Shown here: piece after piece, positions 17,856-29,072 of the stretch
How the letters are laid out: each line of letters starts with the position of its first letter
Position numbering within the stretch: the first letter of the stretch is position 1
Assembly (NCBI GenBank): GCA_964592375.1
Contig: CAZQDP010000007.1
Coordinates: 1-46,345 of the forward strand
Reading direction: 5' to 3'
Origin: an uncultured Eubacteriales bacterium
Lineage (GTDB): Bacteria; Bacillota; Clostridia; RUG12999
DNA: 46,345 nucleotides
Made by a program: the position numbers and the translations under genes
The notes under the pieces: model-generated
The model's database searches: none
The model's input: only the letters and a program-made list of their open reading frames with translations
Told to the model about the DNA's origin: nothing

Positions 17856-17919
17856 GTTGATAAACCTTCCTTTTTAGCACACCGCGGCGATGCGTGATGA
17901 GGCAGAATGCTTTGGTATT

Positions 17920-18747
17920 TTAACTGCTAATTGTCATATTTATCTCAGGTTTTGATATGCTAATCACGTATTCAATATGATTGTCGTATTCATTTTTGAT
18001 GCTTGTGGCTTGCATGCCGGCTTTGTTCATCATATCCACGGCTCTGCGAACTGTATTGGAAAATATACGATCGTCCGCAGGCGCACGACCTTGCTTTTGC
18101 TTTTGAGCAAGCACTGTGCCATGACATAGCTTCTCCACAAGTTCCCGTGCCTGAAGCACACCAAGCCCTTTATCGATGATGATATAAATTGCACTGACCA
18201 TGCTCTCTTCATCCGGTAGCTTCAATAGCACATCTGCATATTCCTCACAAAGTCCGTAATCACTCATCAGGTCTCGAACCTTGCAGGATAACCGCATGAG
18301 CTTTAGTTTGCAGGCTATCGCCGTTTGTGGGATACCAAGCTGCGTGGCAATTTCTTGCCTGCTCAATCCCTTCTCCATAATAAGCCACGTATACGCATTT
18401 GCAATGTCAAAGCCGCTTAAAGTTTCCTTTTGGCTGTTTTCCACAATGGCCGCCATCATGGCATCACTTTCCTTCATGGTGACAATCAAGCAAGGAACAT
18501 GGGTTAAAGCGGCCATTTTGGCAGCTCTAATTCGCCTCTCTCCTGCAATCACCTCATAGCCATTTCCTTTTCTGCGCACCGTGATCGGCTGTAGAACGCC
18601 ATATTTTTTGATGGATCCAATAAGCTCCTCCAAGCCATCTGCATCGTAAAATCTGCGAGGATGGTGCGAACATGGTTGAATTTCTGCAATCGGAAGCTGT
18701 TTTAACTTGTGACTTTTTTTTCTCTTTTGAAAAAATGTAAAAAACAT
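17920..18747 (-). CDS. noc: ParB family protein, nucleoid occlusion (Noc)-like
   Basis: GVLQPITVR, IAGERRIRAA, HTH, and Noc-type C-terminus (RIFSNTVRRAVDMM...EYVISI). Start assumed at MFFTFF (18747); 18780 is possible. Confidence 0.7.
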   Translation of the reverse strand: MFFTFFQKRKKSHKLKQLPIAEIQPCSHHPRRFYDADGLEELIGSIKKYGVLQPITVRRKGNGYEVIAGERRIRAAKMAALTHVPCLIVTMKESDAMMAAIVENSQKETLSGFDIANAYTWLIMEKGLSRQEIATQLGIPQTAIACKLKLMRLSCKVRDLMSDYGLCEEYADVLLKLPDEESMVSAIYIIIDKGLGVLQARELVEKLCHGTVLAQKQKQGRAPADDRIFSNTVRRAVDMMNKAGMQATSIKNEYDNHIEYVISISKPEINMTISS

Positions 18748-19041
18748 TGGCTTCAATCCTTTCTTGCAAATGCGATCCATTTGGAATATATCAAATTATA
18801 CCATATAATGAATAAACATACCAAAATAAATCGTTCGTCATTTTTTTATGCTTGCATGTAAAAAAAAACCTGTTTTCTGACGATTACAGGAAGTTAAACA
18901 TGGTTTATTGGCGAATTTGAAAGAAAATGGGTTATGAAAGATGTTAGTAAAAAGAGAGAAGAAGCGTAAGAGATGTAAGAAAGACAAAAAAAGAAGAAAG
19001 GGATGAAGCTTATATCGTAAAAATGTACAAATAAGTCATTG

Positions 19042-19779
19042 CTAAATCACAAATCCACCATTGGGGCTGAGTACTTGACCGGTAATATAATCAGCGTTGT
19101 CAGAAGCCAAAAACAAGATGGCATGCGCAATTTCCAGAGGAGTGGCAAATCTTTGTAGCGGCGTTTGTGTGATGAGCGCTTCTCGGTCCTCCTCACATAA
19201 ATCCTTATTCATTTCCGTATCCACAATCCCGGGCGCGATGCAATTCACTTGTATATGAGATGGGCCCAGCTCCTTGGCAAGCGCCTTAGTGAACCCAATC
19301 TGTGCTGCCTTTGCAGTGGAATAATGAACTTCCATAGAGGCACCCACCATCCCCCATATGGAAGATACATTAATAATCTTGCCGCTTTTCTGATTTAACA
19401 TGCCAGGAAGTACACACTTTGTGCAGTGAAACATGCCACCCACGTGCACATTCATCATCTCATCCCATTGATTGCCACTCATTTCATCGAATAACACTTG
19501 ATTCGAGATGCCGGCATTATTGACGAGCACATCAATAGCACCAAAATGCCTACTTACCTTCTCCACCATTTCCTCTACCTGCCCACGGTTTGATACATCC
19601 GCACAGCACACCATGGCTGCATAACCCTGCGCGAGAAGTGCCTCACAAAGCGCTTTTGCTTCGCACTCACTATGGCGGTAGTTAATCACTACCTGATATC
19701 CATTTTCGGCAAAAAGTCGGCTCGTAGCTGCCCCTATTCCTCGGGATGCGCCGGTTATCAGTACAATTTTTTTTTGCAT
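19042..19779 (-). CDS. ymfI: SDR oxidoreductase, YmfI (EF-P 5-aminopentanone reductase)/FabG-like
   Basis: TGASRGIG, NNAG, and SSIWG..GASMEVHYSTAK typical of the YmfI clade; start reassigned to MQKKIV (19779). Confidence 0.75.
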   Translation of the reverse strand: MQKKIVLITGASRGIGAATSRLFAENGYQVVINYRHSECEAKALCEALLAQGYAAMVCCADVSNRGQVEEMVEKVSRHFGAIDVLVNNAGISNQVLFDEMSGNQWDEMMNVHVGGMFHCTKCVLPGMLNQKSGKIINVSSIWGMVGASMEVHYSTAKAAQIGFTKALAKELGPSHIQVNCIAPGIVDTEMNKDLCEEDREALITQTPLQRFATPLEIAHAILFLASDNADYITGQVLSPNGGFVI

Positions 19780-19929
19780 TTCACTTCTCCTATATAAAAG
19801 ACTTTTTGTCTTGTCACAGCATATTTCATGAAATGGTTTCAATAAAGACATTATATCAAATAAAATGAAATATGACAATACAGCCCAAAAGTTTTGTTTG
19901 TTTACGTTATAGACCCATACTATACAGAC

Positions 19930-19972
19930 AAAAAAGCCACACAAAATGATAACAATTTTGATGCGGCTTTTT
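19930..19972 (-). terminator. Terminator of alpha operon
   Basis: AAAAAGCC.CA.CAAAAT...ATTTTG.TG.GGCTTTTT hairpin just downstream of rplQ. Confidence 0.75.
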
Positions 19973-20005
19973 ATTGTTTAGATAGGGGATTTTGTTACAT
20001 TCCCT

Positions 20006-20350
20006 TTAGTCTACCAGCTCAATGATTGCCATTGGTGCTGCATCTCCACGGCGAGGTGAAGCTTTGATTATTCTTGTATATCCGCCATTTCTTTCTGCAA
20101 ATTTAGGTGCAGTAATATCAAACAGTTTAACGACAACTTCTCTCTTGGTAATATACCCCAAAGCCTGACGCTTTGCATGCAGGGTATTTGCCTTTCCAAG
20201 TGTTATCATCTTTTCTGCCATACAACGAACTTCTTTTGCTTTTGTTTCAGTGGTCATTATCCTGCCATGTTCAAGCAGGGAAGTAACCAAATTTCTAAGC
20301 ATCATTAGTCTATGAGCTGTAGGACGACCTAATTTTCTTGTGCCCGGCAT
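20006..20350 (-). CDS. rplQ: 50S ribosomal protein L17
   Basis: RKLGR..AHR..MLRN and RNGGYTRI...RRGDAAPMA motifs. Confidence 0.99.
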   Translation of the reverse strand: MPGTRKLGRPTAHRLMMLRNLVTSLLEHGRIMTTETKAKEVRCMAEKMITLGKANTLHAKRQALGYITKREVVVKLFDITAPKFAERNGGYTRIIKASPRRGDAAPMAIIELVD

Positions 20351-20385
20351 TACTCATCCCTCCTTATCGGTTATCAGTTTTCTAA

Positions 20386-21333
20386 TTATTCCTCTTCGCG
20401 GCGCAGGGCAAGTCCGAGTGCATTAAGCTTGCCTACAACCTCATCCAAGGATTTTCTTCCTAAGTTTCTTACCTTGATCATATCATCTTCCGTGCGGTTG
20501 ATTAAATCTTCCACAGTATTGATCGCAGCACGTTTTAAGCAATTGTACGCACGCACCGAAAGGTCAAGCTCTTCGATAATCATCTCCAGAACCTTTTCCT
20601 TTTTGCCTTCTTCCTTTTCAATGACAATTTCGGTGTTTTTCGCATTATCGGAAAGCTCAACAAAGAACTTCAAATAATCACTAAGGATCTTTGCGCTGAT
20701 ACTCATTGCCTCGTCCGGTGTAATCACGCCGCTGGTCCAGACTTCCATGGTAAGCTTGTCATAATCCGTAATCTGACCCACGCGAGTATTCTCCACCACG
20801 TAGTTGACACGGTGAACCGGCGTATAAATGGAATCAATATGAATGGTGCCAATATTATTGACAGGTCCTTTGTTGCGATCCGCAGGAACATATCCCCTGC
20901 CACGACTCACTGTGATTTCCATGCACAACCGCCCACCGGGTGCCAAGGTTGCAATATGCAAATCAGGGTTGATAATTTCAACGTCCGAATCAGTTTTAAT
21001 ATCCCCTGCGCAAAGCTCCGTATCGCCGACTGCATCAATTTTGAGGGTTTTAGGGCTTTCTCCATGAAGCTTTACAACAAGCTGCTTCATATTCAGAACG
21101 ATATCGGTAACATCTTCCTTTACACCGTCTATCTTCGAAATTTCATGCAAAATACCCTCGATTTTAATGGATGTAACCGCTGTGCCTTCCAAAGAGGAAA
21201 GCATAATTCTTCTAAGTGAATTTCCAAGGGTTATGCCATATCCGCGCTCCAAAGGTTCTACAACGAATTTTCCATATGTGCCGTCGGGACTAAGCTCCAC
21301 GCGTTCAATGCGGGGCTTTTCAATTTCTATCAT
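20386..21333 (-). CDS. rpoA: RNA polymerase subunit alpha
   Basis: [24 protein letters not shown] and [12 protein letters not shown]; start at MIEIEK behind GGAGG. Confidence 0.99.
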   Translation of the reverse strand: MIEIEKPRIERVELSPDGTYGKFVVEPLERGYGITLGNSLRRIMLSSLEGTAVTSIKIEGILHEISKIDGVKEDVTDIVLNMKQLVVKLHGESPKTLKIDAVGDTELCAGDIKTDSDVEIINPDLHIATLAPGGRLCMEITVSRGRGYVPADRNKGPVNNIGTIHIDSIYTPVHRVNYVVENTRVGQITDYDKLTMEVWTSGVITPDEAMSISAKILSDYLKFFVELSDNAKNTEIVIEKEEGKKEKVLEMIIEELDLSVRAYNCLKRAAINTVEDLINRTEDDMIKVRNLGRKSLDEVVGKLNALGLALRREEE

Positions 21334-21398
21334 TCCTGACCCTCCTTTTTTAAGTTCTACTCTATTCTCACTCACTTTATGAGGGTTACAAAATACGA

Positions 21399-22025
21399 TT
21401 ATTTAGAGTAAAGTTCGACGATGAGATGTTCCTGGATAGGTAGCTCTATATCGTCTCTTTGTGCATATGCAAGCACCTTGCCGGTCATTGCATCTGCATC
21501 TAGGTCAACCCATTTTGGCTTTACTCTTGATGCAGTAGCCTCTAAATTGTTTTTGATTTTGTCAAGAGACATGCTCTTCTCACGCACACTCACAACATCA
21601 CCCGGTTTTACCAGAATAGATGAAATGGTGACTCTTTTGCCATTTAAATCAAAATGACCATGTCTGACTAACTGACGTGCTTCTGCGTGGGACACTGCAA
21701 AGCCCAATCTACAAACCACATTGTCCAGTCTGCTTTCCAAAATAGCCAAAAGGTTTTCACCTGTAATGCCTTTTTTAGAAGCTGCCATTTCAAAATATTT
21801 TTCAAATTGTTTTTCTAATACGCCATAATATCTTCTGGCTTTTTGCTTTTCACGAAGCTGCATACCATATTCAGAAACTTTCTTTCTTGACATGCCATGC
21901 TGCCCCGGAGCATACTGCCTTCTACCAATAGCGCATTTGTCGGTATAGCATCTGTCGCCTTTCAGGTAGAGCTTAAGCCCTTCCCTTCGGCAAAGTCTGC
22001 ATACCGCACCTGTATATCTTGCCAT
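21399..22025 (-). CDS. rpsD: 30S ribosomal protein S4
   Basis: [16 protein letters not shown] zinc-type N-terminus, LESRLDN, IVELYSK. Confidence 0.99.
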   Translation of the reverse strand: MARYTGAVCRLCRREGLKLYLKGDRCYTDKCAIGRRQYAPGQHGMSRKKVSEYGMQLREKQKARRYYGVLEKQFEKYFEMAASKKGITGENLLAILESRLDNVVCRLGFAVSHAEARQLVRHGHFDLNGKRVTISSILVKPGDVVSVREKSMSLDKIKNNLEATASRVKPKWVDLDADAMTGKVLAYAQRDDIELPIQEHLIVELYSK

Positions 22026-22057
22026 AAGACTTAACACCTCCAATTAATATTAAACAA

Positions 22058-22456
22058 TTATACACGCCTTCTCTTTGGAGGCCTGCATCCGTTGTGAGGA
22101 ATGGGGGTTGTATCCTTAATAAGGCTTACCTCAAGACCTGCTGTCTGCAAAGCTCTTATTGCTGCTTCACGCCCTGAGCCAGGCCCCTTTACATACACTT
22201 CAACAACTTTCAGACCATGCTCCATCGCAGCTTTTGCAGCGGTTTCTGCTGCTGTCTGTGCAGCAAAGGGTGTGCTCTTTTTGGAGCCTCTAAACCCTAG
22301 CCCGCCTGCGCTTGCCCAGGAAAGTGCATTGCCTGCCGTATCGGTAATTGTTACAATTGTATTGTTAAAGGTACTGCGGATATGAGCCGCACCTTTGTCA
22401 ATATGCTTTTTTTCGCGTTTTCTGCGCGTAACCTTTTTCGTAGCAGTCTTAGCCAT
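22058..22456 (-). CDS. rpsK: 30S ribosomal protein S11
   Basis: [16 protein letters not shown] and [13 protein letters not shown]. Confidence 0.99.
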   Translation of the reverse strand: MAKTATKKVTRRKREKKHIDKGAAHIRSTFNNTIVTITDTAGNALSWASAGGLGFRGSKKSTPFAAQTAAETAAKAAMEHGLKVVEVYVKGPGSGREAAIRALQTAGLEVSLIKDTTPIPHNGCRPPKRRRV

Positions 22457-22476
22457 ACTTACCTTTTCCCTCCCTT

Positions 22477-22845
22477 TTACTTCTTCTTGTTGGCCATGGT
22501 CTTCTTCGGTCCCTTACGGGTCCTTGCATTTGTCTTCGTCCTCTGGCCTCTTACCGGTAGTCCGCGTCTATGGCGCAGTCCACGGTAGCATCCGATTTCC
22601 ATTAATCTCTTAATGTTCAGAGCCACTTCTCTGCGAAGGTCACCCTCAACCTTACATTCTCTGTCAATGATCTCACGAAGCTTTGCTATTTCATCATCTG
22701 TCAGATCTTTTATCCTGGTATCAGGGTTTATGCCTGTTGCGCTAAGAATTTTGTTTGAGCTTGTTCTGCCTATACCAAATATATAGGTAAGGCCAATTTC
22801 AACACGCTTTTCCCTGGGTAAGTCTACACCCGCTATTCTTGCCAT
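22477..22845 (-). CDS. rpsM: 30S ribosomal protein S13
   Basis: [10 protein letters not shown]...[19 protein letters not shown]. Confidence 0.99.
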   Translation of the reverse strand: MARIAGVDLPREKRVEIGLTYIFGIGRTSSNKILSATGINPDTRIKDLTDDEIAKLREIIDRECKVEGDLRREVALNIKRLMEIGCYRGLRHRRGLPVRGQRTKTNARTRKGPKKTMANKKK

Positions 22846-22954
22846 TTTAGCCTTGCACCTCCTGTTAGTTTGCATAAGGGTTTCTTTTATATATCATAGC
22901 ATCAGGGTCCATAAGCATTTGGTGCTTATTCAGCCGCTCCCTGCCGCTTTGAAG

Positions 22955-23068
22955 TTATCCCTGTTTCTGTTTGTGCTTGGGATTGTCGCAGATTACCATA
23001 ATTCTGCCTTTTCTTTTAATGACTTTACATTTTTCGCATATGGGTTTTACCGATGGTTTTACTTTCAT
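22955..23068 (-). CDS. rpmJ: 50S ribosomal protein L36 (zinc type); not in ORF track
   Basis: Translated by eye: [37 protein letters not shown]; GGAGG RBS. Confidence 0.98.
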   Translation of the reverse strand: MKVKPSVKPICEKCKVIKRKGRIMVICDNPKHKQKQG

Positions 23069-23270
23069 GTCTATTTACCTCCTTTAATATAGCAGATTCT
23101 TTTTGCCAGCTTGCAATTGAAATGTCGTTTTCTCAATTGCAGGCAACCACATCCGTGGCAGTGCCGCCGGCACGCAAACGCCGTTTATACTATGTGTCAA
23201 CCGATTTGTGGTTGTGGTGCAGCGCACCTGTCTTTCAAAAGTGTTATGCCTTTGAAAATTCTTATAGTAC

Positions 23271-23489
23271 TTACTTTGCCCGCCAAGTAATTCTGCCCCG
23301 TGTGAGGTCATAGGGGGAAAGCTCTATTGTAACCTTGTCTCCCGGAAGGATTTTGATAAAGTTCATTCTGAGTTTTCCCGATATGTGAGCGAGCACCTTG
23401 TGCCCGTTGGGCAGTTCAACCTGAAACATAGCGTTTGGCAATGTGTCAACTACTGTGCCTTCAAATTCGATGACATCTTCTTTTGCCAT
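23271..23489 (-). CDS. infA: Translation initiation factor IF-1
   Basis: [11 protein letters not shown]...[30 protein letters not shown]. Confidence 0.99.
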   Translation of the reverse strand: MAKEDVIEFEGTVVDTLPNAMFQVELPNGHKVLAHISGKLRMNFIKILPGDKVTIELSPYDLTRGRITWRAK

Positions 23490-23501
23490 TCATTTCCCTC
23501 C

Positions 23502-23771
23502 TTAAAGCTTGCGGTATTTGTTGATTTCTTTCCGAAGCATCCTATTGGTCAGCGTTTTATTTTCAAGCGCCTGCAAAATATCGGCCGATACGACCCCCAC
23601 AAGGTGCAGGTGCTTAAACTTTTTTCTTTTGGGCTTTTCAAGCGGCCTTGTTTTTCCGTCACATATGAGGGCGTATTGCCCTTCCACAGCAGTCACAAGA
23701 AAATATCCGCCTTGATCATGACCCGCTGCCGATTGTATAATCATGTCCGGCAGCACCTCTATCATTGCCAT
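23502..23771 (-). CDS. KOW-domain RNA-binding protein (L14e-like)
   Basis: SAAGHDQG...DGKTRPLEKPKRKK.KHL; conserved position between map and infA; start at ATG 23771 after GGAGG. Confidence 0.85.
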   Translation of the reverse strand: MAMIEVLPDMIIQSAAGHDQGGYFLVTAVEGQYALICDGKTRPLEKPKRKKFKHLHLVGVVSADILQALENKTLTNRMLRKEINKYRKL

Positions 23772-23806
23772 GCCAAAGTCCTCCCGCCGGCCGGTGCCCG
23801 GCACTT

Positions 23807-24571
23807 TTATAAGGGCTGATCATCTGTCTGCGTAATGATTTCAGGTTGACCCTTGGTAATCACAATTGTATTTTCATAGTGAGCGGATAAAAGTCCGTCA
23901 CATGTGACCTCGGTCCAACCGTTTTTCTCAGTGCGAACATCGAATGTTCCTTCGTTTACCATAGGTTCTACCGCAATGGCCATGCCTGCAATCAATCTTG
24001 CTCCCTTGCCGGCACTTCCGAAATTCGGTACATCCGGTTCTTCGTGCAACTTTGCGCCAATACCATGCCCCACAAGCTTTCGAACAACAGAATATCCATG
24101 CTGTTCTACATATGTCTGCACTGCATTTGAAATATCGCCTATTCGATATCCCGGCGTTGCCTTTTCAATCCCTTTATAAAAGCTTTCTTTTGTTACATCA
24201 ATCAAATGCTGTGCCCTATCCGATATTTGACCAACCGGAAAGGTTCTGGCAGCATCCGCATGATAGCCCTCAAAGCAGGCGCCAATATCAATACTAATTA
24301 TGTCGCCTTCCACAAGCTTGGCGTTTCCCGGTATGCCGTGCACCACTTGTTCATTGATGGATGCACATATGCTTGCGGGAAATCCACGATAATTCTTAAA
24401 AGAGGGCGTTGCGCCACATTCTCTTATAAAGCTTTCTGCCATCTTGTCCAGTTGTGCTGTTGTCATTCCGGGTGCAACTGCGCTTTTCAAATGCATCAGT
24501 GCTTTGGCTACAATTTCTCCGGCTTTTTTCATTAGTGCAATTTCACCTAGGGATTTTACATATATCATCAT
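23807..24571 (-). CDS. map: Type I methionine aminopeptidase
   Basis: CASINEQVVHGIP, DAART, GHGIG..LHEEP, AVEPMV and SAHYENT. Confidence 0.98.
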   Translation of the reverse strand: MMIYVKSLGEIALMKKAGEIVAKALMHLKSAVAPGMTTAQLDKMAESFIRECGATPSFKNYRGFPASICASINEQVVHGIPGNAKLVEGDIISIDIGACFEGYHADAARTFPVGQISDRAQHLIDVTKESFYKGIEKATPGYRIGDISNAVQTYVEQHGYSVVRKLVGHGIGAKLHEEPDVPNFGSAGKGARLIAGMAIAVEPMVNEGTFDVRTEKNGWTEVTCDGLLSAHYENTIVITKGQPEIITQTDDQPL

Positions 24572-25204
24572 CTATTCCCCAAGAGCACGCAATAGCTCAG
24601 CCGTTGTGTCCTCTATCTTCTCTCTGCCCCTAATGGTAAGGAGTATTGCTTTTTCCTGATAGTAAGCCTTGAGCGGTTCTGTCTGCGAGTGATATACTTT
24701 AAGCCTTGCTCGAATAGTCTCTACCGTATCATCTGCTCTGATAGACAGCTTGCTCCCGCAATTTTCACAATATTCGCCTTTTGCTGAGGGGTTATACTTG
24801 GTGTGGAAAATACTGCCGCATTCTTTGCATTCTCTGCGTCCCAATATTCTCTCGATAACCTCTTCATCCGGCACTTCAATGTTAATGACTTTATGAAATG
24901 TAATTCCCATTTCATCCACCGCTTTTGCTTGAAAAATGGTGCGGGGGAAACCATCTAATATATAGCCGTTTTCACAGTCCTGCTGAGAAATTCTCTCTTT
25001 GATAATGTCGATGACGACATCGTTTTCCACCAGCTGCCCTTTTTCTATGCTTGATTCTGCCTTTATGCCAAGTGGCGTTTTATCATGAATAGCATTACGA
25101 ATAATCGCACCTGTGGAGATTGCAGGAATATGATACTTTTGCGAAAGATTTGCGGCTTGGGTGCCTTTCCCCGCTCCCGGAGGCCCCATTAATATCAACC
25201 TCAT
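24572..25204 (-). CDS. adk: Adenylate kinase
   Basis: GPPGAGKGTQ, LDGFPRT, zinc LID (CKEC...CENC). Confidence 0.98.
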   Translation of the reverse strand: MRLILMGPPGAGKGTQAANLSQKYHIPAISTGAIIRNAIHDKTPLGIKAESSIEKGQLVENDVVIDIIKERISQQDCENGYILDGFPRTIFQAKAVDEMGITFHKVINIEVPDEEVIERILGRRECKECGSIFHTKYNPSAKGEYCENCGSKLSIRADDTVETIRARLKVYHSQTEPLKAYYQEKAILLTIRGREKIEDTTAELLRALGE

Positions 25205-25228
25205 CTTTTCATACCCACTCTTCATTAT

Positions 25229-26506
25229 TTATTCCAAGAACCCTTTATAATGCCTCATGAGCATTTGAGATTCTATTTGACGGTAGGTCTCAATGGCAAC
25301 ACCAACAAGAATCAGCAAGGATGTACCACCAAAAGCAAGTACCATATTGCCTCTACTCATTAGGATGGGAAGCACTGCGATGAGCGCAATGACAAGCGAT
25401 CCGATGATGGTGACCTTATTGATAACCTTGGAAATGAAATCCGAGGTTGGCTTGCCCGGACGAATACCAGGTACAAACCCGCCATTGTTCTTAATATTGT
25501 TCGCCATCTCTATCGGATTGTACATCATCGCCGTATAGAAGAAGGTGAAGAATATAATCAGCAGAAAATAGAATAATCCATAAAACCATGAGCTGGGCCC
25601 GATAAAGTTTAAGAACTTCAGGGTCCATCCTGTGGGTTCACCAAACATTCTGATAATGGTAGACGGGAATGCCAAAATGGAGCTTGCAAAAATGATCGGA
25701 ATAACGCCGGCCATTGCAACCTTCAGCGGAATATGTGTACTCTGTCCGCCGTAGACCTTCCGTCCTACCACTCTTTTCGCATACTGTATCGGTATTCTTC
25801 TCTCCGCGCTGTTGATGGTAACAACAAATGCAATTACCGCAAGACCAAGTGCAACAAGCAAAATCGTAGTAAACCAATTGAGTGTTCCTTGCAGAAGACC
25901 GTTCCAAATTTGCACGACCATTTCCGGTACGCGCGAAACAATCCCTGTAAAGATAATGAGCGAAATACCGTTGCCAATACCCTTTTCCGTAATCTGCTCG
26001 CCGATCCACATCAAAAATGCGGTACCTGCGGTAAAGGAAATGACAGTAGTTAAAAAGCTCATAACGCCTGCATCCATGGCTCCGTTCATGCTAAGGCCAA
26101 CATAAATGCCTGCAGCTTGAATAAAGCCTAAGATAACCGTTGCATAACGAGTCCATTTTGCCAGTATCTTTCTGCCTTCGTCGCCTTCCTTCTGCAATTT
26201 TTCAAGTGCAGGAATGGCCACGGTAAGCAGTTGCATAATAATAGATGCATTAATATACGGTGTAATACCCATGGCAAAGATGGATGCCGTAGACAGCGCA
26301 CCACCTGAGATAATGTTCATCAGGTTAAATAAGCTGTCGCCACTGCCGTCGGTAGTGATACCTAGCAGCTGTGCAATTGCTCCGGGTTTAACACCCGGCA
26401 CGGGAATAACAATTCCCAACTGAAATATGGTGAGCATAAGCAGTGTAAAAATGAACTTTTTTCTAAGATCGGGTAATCTCCATGCATTTATCACTGTCTT
26501 AAACAT
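25229..26506 (-). CDS. secY: Preprotein translocase subunit SecY
   Basis: SIFAMGITPYINASII, GIGNGISLII, GVIPIIFA, PGIRPGKPT and GGTSLLI. Confidence 0.99.
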   Translation of the reverse strand: MFKTVINAWRLPDLRKKFIFTLLMLTIFQLGIVIPVPGVKPGAIAQLLGITTDGSGDSLFNLMNIISGGALSTASIFAMGITPYINASIIMQLLTVAIPALEKLQKEGDEGRKILAKWTRYATVILGFIQAAGIYVGLSMNGAMDAGVMSFLTTVISFTAGTAFLMWIGEQITEKGIGNGISLIIFTGIVSRVPEMVVQIWNGLLQGTLNWFTTILLVALGLAVIAFVVTINSAERRIPIQYAKRVVGRKVYGGQSTHIPLKVAMAGVIPIIFASSILAFPSTIIRMFGEPTGWTLKFLNFIGPSSWFYGLFYFLLIIFFTFFYTAMMYNPIEMANNIKNNGGFVPGIRPGKPTSDFISKVINKVTIIGSLVIALIAVLPILMSRGNMVLAFGGTSLLILVGVAIETYRQIESQMLMRHYKGFLE

Positions 26507-26507
26507 T

Positions 26508-26948
26508 TTAAATCACCTCTGCCTTCCCACCGGCCGCTTCAATTTTTGCTTGAGCGGTTTTGGTGAATCGGGCTGCCTGTATGGTGAGCTTTTTGCTAAG
26601 CTCGCCGGTTCCCAGGACTACAATACCATCGTTTAGCTTGCTTACAATGCCGCTTTCTTTCAAAAGCTGACCGTTTATTACCACACCGTCATCAAATTGA
26701 TTAAGGTCACAAAGCTTAACCTCAGTATACTGCTTTGCAAATATATTTGTAAAGCCGCGCTTTGGAAGCCTTCTGTAAAGAGGCATCTGTCCGCCTTCAA
26801 AACCCGGACGCACGCCGCCGCCTGAACGGGCATTCTGACCCTTGTGCCCTCTTCCTGCTGTCTTTCCGTTACCGCTTCCGGGACCTCTTCCTTTTCTTTT
26901 TGGCTCCTTTGAGCGACCTGGTGCGGGGACAAGTTCAAACAAACGCAT
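26508..26948 (-). CDS. rplO: 50S ribosomal protein L15
   Basis: [19 protein letters not shown] and [18 protein letters not shown]. Confidence 0.99.
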   Translation of the reverse strand: MRLFELVPAPGRSKEPKRKGRGPGSGNGKTAGRGHKGQNARSGGGVRPGFEGGQMPLYRRLPKRGFTNIFAKQYTEVKLCDLNQFDDGVVINGQLLKESGIVSKLNDGIVVLGTGELSKKLTIQAARFTKTAQAKIEAAGGKAEVI

Positions 26949-26967
26949 TTGCCACACCTCCTCTTTT

Positions 26968-27147
26968 TTATACTTCTTTAACGTCTACCAGATGGATGAC
27001 CCTATTGATCATTCCTCTTATTGCAGGGTTATCCTCCTGCACAACACAGTCTCTTATCTTTTTCAAACCAAGCGCATGCAAGGTTGCCGCCTGTACATCC
27101 AAACGACCATTCGCACTTCTGGTTTGTGTAATCTGAAGTTTTGCCAT
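26968..27147 (-). CDS. rpmD: 50S ribosomal protein L30
   Basis: LQITQTRS...LGL...[13 protein letters not shown]; located between rpsE and rplO. Confidence 0.96.
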   Translation of the reverse strand: MAKLQITQTRSANGRLDVQAATLHALGLKKIRDCVVQEDNPAIRGMINRVIHLVDVKEV

Positions 27148-27159
27148 CAAAGTACCCTC

Positions 27160-27663
27160 CTAACCTAAAAGTTCCTCTACAGTCTTGCCGCGCATTTTTG
27201 CAACATCCTCTACATTCTTGAGGTTTGCAAGCCCTTGTATCGTGGCGTGGATCACGTTGCTTGGATTGTTGGAGCGAAGACATTTCGTTCTGATGTCTCT
27301 AATTCCGGCAAGTTCCAAAACGGCACGAACAGGTCCGCCGGCGATAACACCGGTACCGGGGCCTGCCGGCTTGAGCAGTACTCTGCCTGCGCCAAAGGCG
27401 CCAATGGTTTCATGGGTGATGGTTGTGTGGTCCATCGCCACTGTGATCATGTTCTTTTTGGCATCTTCAATTCCTTTTCTTACAGCATCCGGAATTTCAG
27501 CTGCTTTTCCCATTCCACAGCCTACATGGCCATTCTCATCACCAACAACGACCAGCGCGCTAAAGCGAAAGGTACGGCCGCCCTTTACCACCTTTGCAAC
27601 ACGATTTATGCTAACAACTCTTTCTTTGAGTTCTAAAACCGATGCGTCGATTCTTTCCTGCAA
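27160..27663 (-). CDS. rpsE: 30S ribosomal protein S5
   Basis: [12 protein letters not shown] and [18 protein letters not shown]; TTG start. Confidence 0.99.
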   Translation of the reverse strand: MQERIDASVLELKERVVSINRVAKVVKGGRTFRFSALVVVGDENGHVGCGMGKAAEIPDAVRKGIEDAKKNMITVAMDHTTITHETIGAFGAGRVLLKPAGPGTGVIAGGPVRAVLELAGIRDIRTKCLRSNNPSNVIHATIQGLANLKNVEDVAKMRGKTVEELLG

Positions 27664-27680
27664 TCTATTCCCCTCCTTCT

Positions 27681-28037
27681 TTAGAATTTGAGACCACCCT
27701 CGCGGGCACCCTCTGCAAGCTCTGCTACGCGGCCATGATAGATGTATCCGCCGCGGTCAAAAACCACCTGCTCAATTCCCTTATCAAGAGCCTTCTGTGC
27801 AATAAGCTTTCCAACCTCGCGGGCTGCTTGCTTATTGCCGCCTGTCACATCTTTATTCTCTAATGTGGAGGCTGCAACAAGGGTTGTGCCTGCAACATCA
27901 TCAATTAACTGTGCGTATATGTTGCTAAGGCTTCTGTAAACACAAAGTCTGGGACGCTGTGCGCTCCCGCTGATCACCTTACGCACTCTTTTGTGCCTTC
28001 TGAGCCTTGAAACGTTGCTGCCGTTTTTTATTATCAT
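27681..28037 (-). CDS. rplR: 50S ribosomal protein L18
   Basis: RPRLCVYRS and [14 protein letters not shown]. Confidence 0.99.
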   Translation of the reverse strand: MIIKNGSNVSRLRRHKRVRKVISGSAQRPRLCVYRSLSNIYAQLIDDVAGTTLVAASTLENKDVTGGNKQAAREVGKLIAQKALDKGIEQVVFDRGGYIYHGRVAELAEGAREGGLKF

Positions 28038-28056
28038 AAAAATCAGCCTCCCTTCT

Positions 28057-28608
28057 TTATTTCTTGCCTTTACCGCCGGTTTTACCTTCTTTGCGTCTTA
28101 CAACTTCCGTTGCATACTTAATTCCTTTGCCTTTATACGGCTCGGGAGGACGCTTTTCTCTAATCTTAGCTGCGATTTCTCCAACTACCTGCTTATCCGA
28201 ACCCTTGACAATAATTTTGTTGGGGGCCGGTACTTCAATGGTTATGCCTTCAATGGCTTCCATTTCTACAGGATGAGAGTAACCAAGCGACAATACAAGC
28301 TTTTTGCCCTGCATTTGCGCTCTGTACCCTACGCCGTTGATATCGAGCTCTTTTGTAAAGCCTTTGGATACACCTTCTACCATATTGCTGAGCAATGTCC
28401 TTGTCAGTCCGTGGAGTGATTTATGCTCCTTTTGCTCTGAAGGACGATTGACAGTAGCTATGCCATCGTTTATTTCAATGATCATATCCTTGTGAAGCGT
28501 TCTGGCCAGTGTACCCATAGGGCCCTTTACAGTCACTTCATTATTGCTGCCGATTTTTACATCCACACCCTGGGGTATGGCGATAGGCATTCTTCCTATT
28601 CTGGACAC
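28057..28608 (-). CDS. rplF: 50S ribosomal protein L6
   Basis: [15 protein letters not shown] and [11 protein letters not shown]; GTG start. Confidence 0.99.
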   Translation of the reverse strand: MSRIGRMPIAIPQGVDVKIGSNNEVTVKGPMGTLARTLHKDMIIEINDGIATVNRPSEQKEHKSLHGLTRTLLSNMVEGVSKGFTKELDINGVGYRAQMQGKKLVLSLGYSHPVEMEAIEGITIEVPAPNKIIVKGSDKQVVGEIAAKIREKRPPEPYKGKGIKYATEVVRRKEGKTGGKGKK

Positions 28609-28640
28609 CTCGTGGCACCTCCTTTAAAAAATTTGACCGC

Positions 28641-29039
28641 TTACCATATGAAGGCTAACACTTCGCCGCCTACATTTTCTTTTCTTGCCTGCTTGTCGGT
28701 CATAACGCCCTTAGAGGTGGAGATAATTGCAATTCCAAGGCCTTTTAGTACCTTGGGAAGCTCTTCTCTGTTTGCATACACTCTAAGACCGGGTTTGCTG
28801 ACTCTTTTTAAGCCCGATATTACCTTGGCTTTATTTGGTCCGTACTTTAAATTTATTTTGATGACGCCTTGTTTGCCGTCTTCAACTAACTGATAATTTT
28901 TAATATATCCTTCGTTGCTAAGTATCTCTGCAACAGCCTTCTTCATATTTGAAGCGGGAACCTCCACGCTTTCGTGCTTTGCAGCATTAGCATTCCTTAT
29001 CCTTGTAAGCATATCTGCGATAGGATCGGTTATCTGCAT
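28641..29039 (-). CDS. rpsH: 30S ribosomal protein S8
   Basis: [21 protein letters not shown] and GGEVLA. Confidence 0.99.
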   Translation of the reverse strand: MQITDPIADMLTRIRNANAAKHESVEVPASNMKKAVAEILSNEGYIKNYQLVEDGKQGVIKINLKYGPNKAKVISGLKRVSKPGLRVYANREELPKVLKGLGIAIISTSKGVMTDKQARKENVGGEVLAFIW

Positions 29040-29072
29040 ACGGAAATACCTCCTTCCTTAACTGGTGGTGAA

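Noticed and set aside
16972-17877. 301-aa plus-strand ORF
   Set aside because: Antisense mirror of the hydrophobic antiporter gene.
18918-19010. Purine-rich low-complexity tract between the noc-like and ymfI-like genes
   Set aside because: No periodic unit, structure or ORF that I can support.
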